DNA from: a virus | Direction: 5' to 3' (one strand) | Length of the DNA: 64,000 nt | Virus record (IMG/VR): IMGVR_UViG_3300028920_002938 | Location: 2,891 to 66,890 of that record | Shown here: positions 21,695 through 32,482 of the stretch, in pieces | How positions within the stretch are numbered: position 1 is the first letter of the stretch | Layout of the letters: each line of letters begins with the position of its first letter | The notes under the pieces: model-generated | The model's database searches: none | The model's input: only the letters and a program-made list of their open reading frames with translations | What the model was told of the DNA's origin: nothing | Program-made: the position numbers and the translations under genes

Positions 21695-24600
21695 CTGTAT
21701 TAGTTAAAGTAAACAAATCACTGTTAGTAGTTGTAGATGTAAACAAATCAGAATTTGTAGGTGTCATAGTAAATAGACTTGTATTACTTAATGGAAATGA
21801 TAACATAGATGACTCTGTAGCTTTAGCATAATCTATAAATGTAATTGTTAATGGAATTATTCCAATACTATATATAATTGACAAATTAGTACCAAATGTA
21901 GAATAATCAGCTAAATAACTCACTAAATTAACTCCTTCAGTTGTATAATCTATATTATATGCTTTAGATAAAGCTAATGAAAGTAATGTACTAATTGTAC
22001 TACTTATTGTAGTATTAGTATTTTTTAGTAATAAATCAAATAAACTATTCAAAGTCTCTTCTGATTTATTAAGAATATCTATCCTTTCTGATATTGTATT
22101 TTCTCCAGTTAGTTCTTGAGTTATATCATAATTAACTGACTTATTAGGTGTTTTAATTAATGTATCTATTATGTAGTTAGAAGTGTTGTTTGAAACGAGC
22201 ACAAAGAATGTTATTAAATAGTCTAGTGATAAGTTATTTGCCTTAACTATGTAGTCAATTAATGAGCTTATAGAATATACTTCTCCAGATATGAAATCTA
22301 TTAGATTTCTTGTAGTTACTCCTAAATCTTCTAAAAGATTATCGATAGTATAATTCTCAGACTTACTTTCTATTGTAATTAAGTCAGATAATAAATTCAT
22401 ATCTAGCCCAGCACTCTGAGCATATAGATTAATTATATATGACTTATCTAGTCCTAGATTCTGTAAGAGAGTATCTACAGTTATGTTTTTTGACGTGATT
22501 ATAGACATTAGAATATCAATCTTTTCTTTCTCTGTTAAATCTACTGTTTTAGTTAAATAATCAATATTATAGTCTATACTCAATCCTGCTGTTCCAAATA
22601 TAGCATCTATTAATACATTATTAGAGAATGAATCTTTGAGTAGTGTATCTATATCATAATTCAATTCTGATATTCTACCAACAACTAAATCTATTATTGT
22701 ATTTAATGTATGAGTATCTTTAATCACAACATCTATGTCATAGTCTAGAGTTATCCCAAGTTCTTCTAGTAGTATATCTATGTCTTGTTTCTTTTCAGTT
22801 GCTGACTGTATTATAATTTCAATTAGTTGATTTATAGTTATACCTGAATTTTGTAGTATCATATCTATATTGTTTAGCTTGAGTATTGTTAGCTTCATAA
22901 GAATAGATATTATATTTTGTATTGATTTGTCTTTACTACTTATGATTAAAGTTATTAGTTCATTCCTATCTATACCAATGTTTTTTATTAGAGAGTCTAT
23001 GTCATATTTCTTTGATGATGTATATTTTCTCAAGAAATCTATTACTTGATTCAGTGTAATGTATTCTCCCATTGTAATGCTAATATCATGATTCCTTATT
23101 TGTGTATAGAATGTAGAATAATCTATGTTATGTCCTCTTATATTACTTATATATGTAATAATATCAATTATCTCATTAATGTTATGTGTTTGTTTTATTA
23201 GTAGAGCTATTAACTCATTTATATCTAGTGACTCATTTTTGATTAGCATATCTTCTAGATTGTTTTGTGTGGATTGATACTCTGTCATATAGTCAATTAA
23301 ATTGTGTTTAGTCTTTATTCCACCACATATAAACTCTAATTTATTATGGAGTGTTTCTGTCTTGAATGTGGCATAGTCTATATCATAATTAAGTATGTGT
23401 ACCTTTTCAGCAAATAAATCAATTAAATTAACAATATCTAAATCCTTATTCTTTATTAATGTATTTATATCCACTTTCAACATATTACTTATATTGGATA
23501 TTAGCATATCAATATCTATTTTTAATTCCTTTGATGACTCTATTAATAGATTAATCTTTTCCTTTAGTGTAATATCCTTTGCTTTTACTAATAAATCAAT
23601 TTTGATTGATTCGGAAATTAATATATATATTAATAAATCTATTGTTTCTTTTCTATATATATTTTTATTGGAAGTTAGTATATCAATAATTTCATTCATA
23701 GATAGTTGTTCTTTTATCTCTTGTATCAACATATCTATTTTCATACTAACATCTAAGTTTTCTACTTTAGCAAATAAATCAGTTAGATTATTCTTATCTA
23801 TTCCTGATTGTTCTATTAATATATCAATTACTTCTGATATGTCTAAATTCTTGTTCTTTATTAATTGAGTGATTATGTTTCTTATTGTTAAACCTTCAGA
23901 TTGAATTAAGTCTATTAAATTACTAATTTCACTATTTTTTGAATAAATTAGTGAGTCAATCTCACTTTTTCTTTGATTTGAAGCCATTTGCAATATATCA
24001 ATTATGTTATTTGTTATGTCTTCCTTTGATATTAAAGTGCTTATATCTATACCTACTGAATTATCTACTTTTTTTATTAGCAAGTCAATATCCATTTTTA
24101 TTAGATTGTCTGATGAGGAAGCAATTAAGTCAGTTATATACGATTCACTTTTCTGTGACTGAAATAGGGTATCTATTAGAAAATTTATATCATTGTTTTT
24201 TTGTACTATTAACAAATCAACTAATTGGTTAATATCTTTATCATCCGATTTTAGTATTTCATCAATCTTTGGTGTTATATCCATTGATTGTTTGATTAGC
24301 AAATCAATATCGTAATCCTCACTACTCTCTAATTTAGTAAGAACATCTACTGTAATATATCTTTTTATATCACTTAGTATTTGTATTAAGTCCTGTTTGT
24401 TTGATTGTGATAACTCTTGTTTTATTATTATATCAATTATCTTATGTATTTGGATATTAGAGCCAGCTATTAGAGTATCTATCTTTTCTTTTAGTGTTAA
24501 ATCCTCTATAGAAACTAATAAATCACTTAAATTATTAATTGTCTTACTCTCATCCATTGTCAATAAATCAGTTTTTGAGTACCTTGGAATGTCTATATGT

Positions 24601-24926
24601 TGTAGTAAGGTATCTGTTTTGTATAAGCCTGTCTTATCTGGATATATATCAAAATTTATTTCTTCTGCTGGTCCACTTATATCTAATGTAAATGATTGTG
24701 ACCAAGTAGTATCTGATTCTGTAAAATGAACTCTTTCTGTATTGCCATTATCAGCAGAATTTTGTATGTCTATTGCATAATATCCACTAGCATTAGTCTG
24801 ACCAGAGGCAGATAGAGCATTTTCTATATCCTCTATATATATCCAATGAGTAGTAAGTGGACTACCTTCTTTCTCTACTAAACCATAAACTACGTAGGGG
24901 TGAGCTAAACTCATGACTGATCCCAA
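21678..24926 (-). CDS. Long 14-15 aa tandem-repeat fibre protein with N-terminal prealbumin-like domain
   Basis: Dozens of (K/L/D)IDLLI-type repeats at a 14-15 residue period; C-terminal TNSDLFT repeats; likely start at MSLAHPY (24914). Confidence 0.65.
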   Translation of the reverse strand: MGSVMSLAHPYVVYGLVEKEGSPLTTHWIYIEDIENALSASGQTNASGYYAIDIQNSADNGNTERVHFTESDTTWSQSFTLDISGPAEEINFDIYPDKTGLYKTDTLLQHIDIPRYSKTDLLTMDESKTINNLSDLLVSIEDLTLKEKIDTLIAGSNIQIHKIIDIIIKQELSQSNKQDLIQILSDIKRYITVDVLTKLESSEDYDIDLLIKQSMDITPKIDEILKSDDKDINQLVDLLIVQKNNDINFLIDTLFQSQKSESYITDLIASSSDNLIKMDIDLLIKKVDNSVGIDISTLISKEDITNNIIDILQMASNQRKSEIDSLIYSKNSEISNLIDLIQSEGLTIRNIITQLIKNKNLDISEVIDILIEQSGIDKNNLTDLFAKVENLDVSMKIDMLIQEIKEQLSMNEIIDILTSNKNIYRKETIDLLIYILISESIKIDLLVKAKDITLKEKINLLIESSKELKIDIDMLISNISNMLKVDINTLIKNKDLDIVNLIDLFAEKVHILNYDIDYATFKTETLHNKLEFICGGIKTKHNLIDYMTEYQSTQNNLEDMLIKNESLDINELIALLIKQTHNINEIIDIITYISNIRGHNIDYSTFYTQIRNHDISITMGEYITLNQVIDFLRKYTSSKKYDIDSLIKNIGIDRNELITLIISSKDKSIQNIISILMKLTILKLNNIDMILQNSGITINQLIEIIIQSATEKKQDIDILLEELGITLDYDIDVVIKDTHTLNTIIDLVVGRISELNYDIDTLLKDSFSNNVLIDAIFGTAGLSIDYNIDYLTKTVDLTEKEKIDILMSIITSKNITVDTLLQNLGLDKSYIINLYAQSAGLDMNLLSDLITIESKSENYTIDNLLEDLGVTTRNLIDFISGEVYSISSLIDYIVKANNLSLDYLITFFVLVSNNTSNYIIDTLIKTPNKSVNYDITQELTGENTISERIDILNKSEETLNSLFDLLLKNTNTTISSTISTLLSLALSKAYNIDYTTEGVNLVSYLADYSTFGTNLSIIYSIGIIPLTITFIDYAKATESSMLSFPLSNTSLFTMTPTNSDLFTSTTTNSDLFTLTNTVEAAD

Positions 24927-27900
24927 GTTCTATCTGTACTTATTTTTGTAATACATACATCCCACAAATCAACTGCTTGATTTGTATTTATTGGGGTTCC
25001 TTGTATGTGGAATATCCACTCATAAGTTGAATTATCCCAAACACCTATAAAATATCCATTAGACATACTCATAGCATCAGCCTCTGTACCTAAATCACTA
25101 CTAACCCCACTACTAAATCCAGTATAATTATATCCATTGCCAACATTAGTTAATACAAATGTACGGTTTTCATAATTATCAGTATAATCAGAGTTCTCAG
25201 TCATATTAAAAGATAGGTCTCCTGTATCATCAGATAAATTAGTTTTTATTACATCAAAAGTATAAATATCTATATCGTCAACTCCACCACTATCACTAGA
25301 AGTATAGTTAACAAAATGACCTGTATCATCTAGATGACATATTTCATCAATTCCATCAAAAGTATAACCTGTCATATTTTCAACAACCCCACTCATAGAT
25401 GTATTACCACCTAACCACACAAAATAGTCTATTCCATTAGTACGGATAGTTGTACTATACGCTGTTGCAGCCCAACTCACATTCCAACTACTAAAATTAA
25501 CAGCACCATCAAAACTTCCAAAGATTTTGATTTCTTGGTCGTTTACACTGCTTATATCTGAACCATCGGAAAGACCTGTGAGTATGTCTGCACCTGTTGT
25601 TGCATTAATTATTTTAAACGTACTATTTGCTGTATTATTTACCTGTGCATAAAATTTATCCCAAGTACCAGTATCACTCCTGTTTTTTGATATACTTGTA
25701 ATGTTTCCCTCATAAAAACCAAGTTTAAGTGCTGATATACTACCGTGGTCTACTGTTATACTTCCACTGTTACCATACTGTTTTACTTCCATACTAATGT
25801 CGTCACCATTTGTAAGGTCAAATAACGCACCTATACAATATCCTACTTCATCTGCACCACTATCACGGTTATATCTTCCACCTATACACCACGGTGCTAC
25901 TACATCATTAATGGAAAACTGTCCTGCTGGTTTTGCTCTTGCTACCCCACCTGCATCTGCTTGAACACTAGCCATTACAAGATATGTTGCATCACTGTCA
26001 ACCTCGAAATAACTGTTACTTGCTGAAAAAGTAAATGTATCCTCTGAAATGAATTCCTCTGTTGATAAAGCTAGTTCTGTTAGACTTGCAGGGTTCATAT
26101 CAACATTGCTTGTTGTTGCACGAAAGGTTTCTGCTGTATCAGGTAGTTTTACTATTTCAATACTTGTACCTGTATCAATCATTAATGTACCATCTGTTTC
26201 ATAGGCTTGAAAGTTTAATACATCATCTGTGCTTACGTTTATTATTCCTACCCAACTTGTTGCACCATCGTTATCATTCTCGAAGTCACGGTTATACATA
26301 GATACGTGACTTCCTTCTACTTCTGTATCATCAAGAGTTAGACGAAATACACCCTCTGTTCTACCATTTGCATCATAGGTTTTTACTGTATAAGCTACTA
26401 AGTATTTACCTGCGTCACTAATGGTTATATCACTACCACTAAGACTGAAACCAGTATCTTCCTCTACAACCTGAAGATTAATTATATCCTCCCAAGTATT
26501 AAGAGTACAAGCATTATCCTGTGCTGATGTATTGTATCTTCCATAGTTCCAAGTATCATCAAGTTTCAATATTGATATACCTGCATAATTAGCAATACGG
26601 TTAAGACTACCACTTGTTGTTGCATCAAGTCGCCAGTAACCAATTTTCATATCAGTAGATGTTGTTATATCAATTATACTTGCACCAGTTGGGAAACATT
26701 CTTGGTCACCATTGGCTTTACGAATATAATAACCACTATGCCCAGTGTCAAGAAGCTTGTATCCACCTCCTTCATCTATGAATATTCCACCAAGTCCTTG
26801 TACACGTTCATTAGCTGTTGTATCTGCTGTATAGAAATAATCATTGTACATTACCAAGTATTTACCAGTTGCAAGTGTAAACTCACCTGCATTATATGTT
26901 ATATCGCTTCCTTCTGATTTTACCTCGTTATCATAGTTTACATAAGTGATACTGCCACCTTCAGCAATCTCAGTGGTATCAGCACTATTATTCCGTATCA
27001 GATAACTAAGAACACCACCACCACCTGATTCATCAACTGTATACCAACCTTTAGAGTTATATGTCAAATTAGTTGTACTACTAATGTTTTCCTCGTTGAG
27101 AAATGTATCATTGTTATAGTTTACCCAGAAAAAATTTGAATCACTTGTATTGCTATTTCCAAAGCTATCATTAACAATTACATACCAATTATGATAACCA
27201 CCATTAATTGTCCAATCATAATAATATGTACCATTTGCTTTGTTTGAATGTGTAAATAGATGACTACTGTCACCATAGAAACTGATATTCATCGTATCTC
27301 CTTCAGGGTCAGCTACTGTTGCTGAAAGATTTACAGGACTTATCTGTCCACTGTTATCAAGTGGTGAATTAATTGTAATCTCTGAAGTGCTATTAGACCA
27401 ACCAATAGTTGTAAATGTAAATGTTTTATTTTTCCATCCACCTTCTCCATCAGATACATTCATAGACCACCAATATTGTGTATTACCATCGGAAAAATTT
27501 GAAGTCACTTGTGTAACATTTGTATTACCAGAAACACTGGTATTTGTGTCACCAAATTGTATCCATGCTCCACTAGAATTGCTGTACCATGTTACATTAA
27601 GTGTGTCACCATCTAAATCATCAACGATTCCAGCTACTGTAGGATTAGTTTGAACATCAATAGTACCATTCGTGGGTGACTCTCCTAAAATAGCCAATGG
27701 ATGTCTATTTATTAACGAGCTTGTTTTTTGATGATTATATCCTTGTTCAGTCCAATCGTTATCAGCGCTATTTGCGCCATGTGTGCCAAAAATATATAAT
27801 TCATTGCCATTAGGGTCTCCGCAATTTGCAACTACAACTTCGGTTATTCCATCATCGTCAATATCTGCTACAACCGGTGTTGTGATAGCAGAGAAAAATA

Positions 27901-30775
27901 TTGGACATGCCGATACTAGCGATATGTCAGAACCGTCGTGCGTAAAAATTTGTAGTTGTTGATTTGCACATACTAAAAATTCTAACGTACCATCATTGTT
28001 TAAATCTGATATTGAAACAGGTCCAGATACAGTACCACAATTATAATTATCTTCTTCTGTAATTGTAGACCCATCATGACTTAATACATATACATATCCA
28101 CCACCACCAACAACTATTTCTATAGTGCCATCATCATCAATGTCTGCTATAGCTGCGGCTTTTGCATTTCCATCAGTTGTAAAATTATCTTCTTCTACTA
28201 AACTTGAACCTGTACTATGAAGAATATATACATTATCGTCTTCACTTGGCGCAATTATTTCATTTACTCCATCTTTATCAATATCTGCTACTGAAACTTG
28301 ATATGCGTCATGTGATAAATCGCTAAAATTTGATTCTTCAATTAAATCAATTCCATTATGTTCAAAAACATATACAAGAGGCGCCTCATTAGGACCGATA
28401 ATTTCTATTTCTGCATCATCATCTAAATTTGCTACTGTAGATGTATATAAAAAACCATCTTCACATACAAATATAGATTCGTTACTTATGTCGCCATCAC
28501 TATAATTAAATACGTACATTACATCGTTACCAAAATTTCCAATAGCTATTTCATAATTTCCATCTCTATCAATGTCTGCTACAGCTGGTGAACAATCTTT
28601 AAACTCATTTCCTAATAGTTCTGTAGCTTCATAGTAATCTTCTAAACTAATCGTAGTACCAGAATGATTAAATATATAAAATCGAGTACCAGCATTAGCA
28701 ATAAGTATTTCTATCTCATCGTCTCCATCTATATCAATTAATGTTGGATGCGCATCTACATTACCATTAGTGTTATAATCATCTTCCTTTGTAATTGTTG
28801 AACCATCGTGATACAATACACTTACATCCTCATCTATATCACCAATTACAATTTCCATGTCATCGTCATCATCTATATCGCCAAGCGCGGGCGTTGTCCA
28901 CATAGTGTTGCCTGTTGCATACTTGGCTTCAAATGATAATGTTATACCTGACGGTCTATCAGTATTATTATTTGCTTCCGTATTAGCATAATATTCTGCA
29001 TAATCAGTATAGCCGTCATTATCTGTATCAGCAACAAATGGATTTGTGTATGAACCCCATGTTGTATTCAATTCTACATAATCAGATAATCCATCTCCAT
29101 CTGTATCGGTAGAATTATCGCTACCAGATTTAATATCACTTGGAACATCCCATATTATAAACGACTGAACGCTTTGATTGCAAATGACTGATGGGTAACC
29201 CTGCGCTGCTGATTTACAGACATGAAAATAAGCTTCATACACGTCATTATCTTGAAACGAAAAATCTGTTATATCAACGTAACCTGCAAATAAATTAAAT
29301 TCTTTATTATCTCTAAAACATCCATCCCAAAGCATATCTTCGAGACTATCAGCGACTTTTGTAATAGTCCAACCAGTATTATCTAATGTTGCTGCTCCTC
29401 GTTTTTTGCCAAATGTTATTTGAAGGTTTACCGATTCAAAGTGTAACCAAGTGTGCACGTATGGTTCTGTTACAGTCATGTTTTGAGCACATACATCATC
29501 TGCAAACCAATGACCAACAAAGGCACTACACCATATCTGGTTCATATCATCAGTTAATGTGTCATTAGCCAAATAACCTGTGTCATTCCAACTACCGTCA
29601 GGACCTTGGTCGTTTAACAATCTATCTGCTTTATTTTCATCTCCAGAACCATATGTAAGAAACGGACCAGTCCGATACGTAGAATTTAACATATAATATG
29701 GTTCGTAACTAATATTTTGTGCAGTACAATTTAATTGCACCCATCGCCTAGTGTTAGAACCACCTACACCAGTTTTATTCCAGAATACTATATTTGTATT
29801 AGAGTTATCACTTGAATCCGTTGCGAATATGTCAAAACTATAATTGCTTCCCGCTACTGTTGCGTTAGCTACTGGAAATGATGTTACAATAGCCCATACA
29901 TCATCACCCTGGTCAGATAATGTAGAACTATTATACCATGTAGTGACGCCGTTTGTTTCATTAACCCAATGCAAATATACGGAATCCAATCCAGAATCGT
30001 CTGTTATAGTCGCAACAATATTTATATATCCTTCATGCTGATAACTGCTATTAGTATAATAACCATCATCGGCAGTTGTAGTCGCCTCTAATGGCGGTTG
30101 ATATAATGGTCCACCATCATCGGATGAATTACCTGCGAACGTTATTGTTATTGACGGTGGTGTTGTATCTTCTGTAGCAACTTCCCACATTTGTACTTCT
30201 GCAAGTCTAGCAGTTTTAGACATAAGTGAATTACTATTATGAAATCGTACACGACATCTATCTCTAGTAGATTCGGTAAATGATTTCTCTATATCTGAAC
30301 CTGTAGTAAATGCACCTTCGTAAACGTTAGTCCATACAGCTCCGCCATTAGATACATCTATGTCTATCTCGTCTATGCCACTTGCAGTTTGCGTCAATGT
30401 TCCAATATAATATTGAACTTTGCTACTAGTTATAGCAGAATCTAATATAAAACTACAAAAACCACCCCAATTACCACCAGGGCCTCCACTAACCGTATTA
30501 ACAGCATCAGTTCCATTATTTCCATCATACGCATTTGTTTCAGTAGTCCATTGACTATCGTGGTCTGTATAACTAGTGGGACTTATCCATTCATCACCTG
30601 CAGGTGGTTCTGGTATTGGTGAAGTGTATATCAATCCACCAGTTATTGTAACTCCACCTAATATTAAAGCCAAAAATGCTTTTTTATGTTTTTTAATCCA
30701 AGGAATGATGTCCTTTCCAAAAATAATCGTACCCGTAATGAGTAATAATAATCCTAATATCAACCAAATAATCAT
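24911..30775 (-). CDS. Giant (1954 aa) membrane-anchored adhesin-like protein: TSP3-like Ca repeats, FG-GAP propeller, Ig-like units, three C1q/TNF-like domains
   Basis: Same two-hydrophobic-segment N-terminus and C-terminal domain as 765..10286. DTDGDGLSDYVE..TNPFVADTDNDG; multiple DIDDDGxxE repeats; three GKYLV/ATYLV units; many sequons. Confidence 0.78.
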   Translation of the reverse strand: MIIWLILGLLLLITGTIIFGKDIIPWIKKHKKAFLALILGGVTITGGLIYTSPIPEPPAGDEWISPTSYTDHDSQWTTETNAYDGNNGTDAVNTVSGGPGGNWGGFCSFILDSAITSSKVQYYIGTLTQTASGIDEIDIDVSNGGAVWTNVYEGAFTTGSDIEKSFTESTRDRCRVRFHNSNSLMSKTARLAEVQMWEVATEDTTPPSITITFAGNSSDDGGPLYQPPLEATTTADDGYYTNSSYQHEGYINIVATITDDSGLDSVYLHWVNETNGVTTWYNSSTLSDQGDDVWAIVTSFPVANATVAGSNYSFDIFATDSSDNSNTNIVFWNKTGVGGSNTRRWVQLNCTAQNISYEPYYMLNSTYRTGPFLTYGSGDENKADRLLNDQGPDGSWNDTGYLANDTLTDDMNQIWCSAFVGHWFADDVCAQNMTVTEPYVHTWLHFESVNLQITFGKKRGAATLDNTGWTITKVADSLEDMLWDGCFRDNKEFNLFAGYVDITDFSFQDNDVYEAYFHVCKSAAQGYPSVICNQSVQSFIIWDVPSDIKSGSDNSTDTDGDGLSDYVELNTTWGSYTNPFVADTDNDGYTDYAEYYANTEANNNTDRPSGITLSFEAKYATGNTMWTTPALGDIDDDDDMEIVIGDIDEDVSVLYHDGSTITKEDDYNTNGNVDAHPTLIDIDGDDEIEILIANAGTRFYIFNHSGTTISLEDYYEATELLGNEFKDCSPAVADIDRDGNYEIAIGNFGNDVMYVFNYSDGDISNESIFVCEDGFLYTSTVANLDDDAEIEIIGPNEAPLVYVFEHNGIDLIEESNFSDLSHDAYQVSVADIDKDGVNEIIAPSEDDNVYILHSTGSSLVEEDNFTTDGNAKAAAIADIDDDGTIEIVVGGGGYVYVLSHDGSTITEEDNYNCGTVSGPVSISDLNNDGTLEFLVCANQQLQIFTHDGSDISLVSACPIFFSAITTPVVADIDDDGITEVVVANCGDPNGNELYIFGTHGANSADNDWTEQGYNHQKTSSLINRHPLAILGESPTNGTIDVQTNPTVAGIVDDLDGDTLNVTWYSNSSGAWIQFGDTNTSVSGNTNVTQVTSNFSDGNTQYWWSMNVSDGEGGWKNKTFTFTTIGWSNSTSEITINSPLDNSGQISPVNLSATVADPEGDTMNISFYGDSSHLFTHSNKANGTYYYDWTINGGYHNWYVIVNDSFGNSNTSDSNFFWVNYNNDTFLNEENISSTTNLTYNSKGWYTVDESGGGGVLSYLIRNNSADTTEIAEGGSITYVNYDNEVKSEGSDITYNAGEFTLATGKYLVMYNDYFYTADTTANERVQGLGGIFIDEGGGYKLLDTGHSGYYIRKANGDQECFPTGASIIDITTSTDMKIGYWRLDATTSGSLNRIANYAGISILKLDDTWNYGRYNTSAQDNACTLNTWEDIINLQVVEEDTGFSLSGSDITISDAGKYLVAYTVKTYDANGRTEGVFRLTLDDTEVEGSHVSMYNRDFENDNDGATSWVGIINVSTDDVLNFQAYETDGTLMIDTGTSIEIVKLPDTAETFRATTSNVDMNPASLTELALSTEEFISEDTFTFSASNSYFEVDSDATYLVMASVQADAGGVARAKPAGQFSINDVVAPWCIGGRYNRDSGADEVGYCIGALFDLTNGDDISMEVKQYGNSGSITVDHGSISALKLGFYEGNITSISKNRSDTGTWDKFYAQVNNTANSTFKIINATTGADILTGLSDGSDISSVNDQEIKIFGSFDGAVNFSSWNVSWAATAYSTTIRTNGIDYFVWLGGNTSMSGVVENMTGYTFDGIDEICHLDDTGHFVNYTSSDSGGVDDIDIYTFDVIKTNLSDDTGDLSFNMTENSDYTDNYENRTFVLTNVGNGYNYTGFSSGVSSDLGTEADAMSMSNGYFIGVWDNSTYEWIFHIQGTPINTNQAVDLWDVCITKISTDRTWDQS

Positions 30776-30900
30776 AATATTCTTGTGTTAACTAACATCA
30801 ATAAGTACATAAAAACATTGAAATAAGATTAAAAGAGGTCTAAGCGACATTGTTATAAAATGATGCTATTGGCATTAGACTTATTAATTACTTACTCCAC

Positions 30901-31581
30901 CTAACTATAAGTTACTTCCACATCGCCATTCTCTTGTATGTTCATAATGGTTTTGTGGTTAACTCCCTTAACTGTTTTTTGGTATCCCAATTTATAGATT
31001 CTCCACCTTTCAACTACTGAGTCTTCAGTAAATTGTAATCTCCTTCCACCAACTCTTGTACCGCACTCTACACATTTCCAATCGTTGGTTTCCTTTATAT
31101 GATTATAAGACTTTCCACAATTCTTGCATACCCAAGTAGATTGTGCTTTACAGTTTGGACATATATATGTCTTTATTCTCCCACCAATGTCTTTTAATCT
31201 AAATTCGGAAATTAAAAATCTACCCCTACAGTTAGGACATATTAAGTATGTAGTTGTTCTAACAAAGTTAGTAGTTAAGGCTCCTATAACTCTCCTTCCT
31301 CCACTTATATTAACCTCATATTTAGGAAGAAATATATTAGACCTTACATTTATTCCTTTTTCTTTAACTAATCTATTGGCTAATGTAGGAGGAAATGGAT
31401 ATAATCCAAATTTAATAAGTTTATCCTGTTTTACCTCATCAAACAGGTGTGTATTTAAATTATATGGATCGTATTGTGGTAGTGAAGTTCCATCATTATA
31501 ATGAGCAACCCACATAAATACCCACGCACCATCCCTTTTTTGGTGAGACACCTGAGGTTTGTATACCATTTTATCTTGCAT
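30901..31581 (-). CDS. Zinc-ribbon protein (four CxxC pairs)
   Basis: CPNC, CPNC, CKNC, CVEC; GAGGAG RBS. Confidence 0.7.
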   Translation of the reverse strand: MQDKMVYKPQVSHQKRDGAWVFMWVAHYNDGTSLPQYDPYNLNTHLFDEVKQDKLIKFGLYPFPPTLANRLVKEKGINVRSNIFLPKYEVNISGGRRVIGALTTNFVRTTTYLICPNCRGRFLISEFRLKDIGGRIKTYICPNCKAQSTWVCKNCGKSYNHIKETNDWKCVECGTRVGGRRLQFTEDSVVERWRIYKLGYQKTVKGVNHKTIMNIQENGDVEVTYS

Positions 31582-31628
31582 TTTATTGCACGACTCCTCG
31601 ATTTATCAAATAAAACATTATAACATAT

Positions 31629-32255
31629 TTAACTAACTTCATCCCAAACCCAAGTGAATGTTTCTGTTCCTGGATTTCCTGAAGCTGCATTTGCTCCTAT
31701 CCAAGCCTGATGAACTAATGCTTTTGAATAGACAAATCCTGCTGAATCATTTGGCGTAATCTTTCTATTGTCAACTGCAAACGCACTACCTAATGCATTT
31801 GCTGTTTCTGCATTTGAAGAAGCTGAATTCCAAGCAGAGTGTTCACCTAATTTAGCACCAGATGTTCCTACTGCACCATATGCTTGGTCATAATTTCCAC
31901 TAGCTAAACCATATTCACTTCCATCACCAGATACATCCATCACTATTACCTGACCTGAAGCAATATCACTTCCCCAGTTAAACAGATCACCATCACAATA
32001 CCATCTTATTGACGATATATACGTGAAGTCATATGTTCCACCATTCTGTCCACTAATGTATAGGAAATGGGTTTTCCAATAACTTGGATTATAACCAGAA
32101 TCTGGAATTGGTATAGGATTTGAATCTCCTGGAGTTGCACTATCCATTGTACAATATCTAGCTGTAACTGAAACACCTTGACCACTGAGTAAAGTCATAT
32201 TAGCAAAACTCCAAGCCGAACCATTCATTTCGGCTACAAATACTCCTGCTGGCAT
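31629..32255 (-). CDS. Conserved-looking tail-region virion protein
   Basis: Gly/Ser-rich beta protein with NPIPIP..SYWK and terminal ETFTWVWDE; position in the tail operon. Confidence 0.6.
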   Translation of the reverse strand: MPAGVFVAEMNGSAWSFANMTLLSGQGVSVTARYCTMDSATPGDSNPIPIPDSGYNPSYWKTHFLYISGQNGGTYDFTYISSIRWYCDGDLFNWGSDIASGQVIVMDVSGDGSEYGLASGNYDQAYGAVGTSGAKLGEHSAWNSASSNAETANALGSAFAVDNRKITPNDSAGFVYSKALVHQAWIGANAASGNPGTETFTWVWDEVS

Positions 32256-32290
32256 ATTTATTTCCTTATTCTAAACATAATATAAATACA

Positions 32291-32482
32291 TTATCTACGT
32301 TTCCTCGCACTACGTGCCTTCTTACTAGCTTCTATTTCTTTTTGCCTAGTATCTAAGATGTAATACTCAAGAAAAGCAATTCCGTCTGGGTTTTTTTCTC
32401 TAAGTTCTGATATTTCTATTGGGGATTTACATAGTAACTTGCAAACCTCAAACTCAATAAAGCCATACCCACTATTTACGAA
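32291..32482 (-). CDS. +1 frameshift extension of the tail assembly chaperone (gpGT-like)
   Basis: Open +1 frame FVNSGYGFIEFEVCKLLCKSPIEISELREKNPDGIAFLEYYILDTRQKEIEASKKARSARKRR* begins at TTT CGT (32478-32483) and has no ATG of its own. Confidence 0.75.
   Translation of the reverse strand, partial: FVNSGYGFIEFEVCKLLCKSPIEISELREKNPDGIAFLEYYILDTRQKEIEASKKARSARKRR

Noticed and set aside
765-30775. Diversity-generating retroelement acting on the adhesins
   Set aside because: No reverse transcriptase is present, and I saw no template/variable repeat pair differing only at adenines; the internal duplicates differ at synonymous sites.
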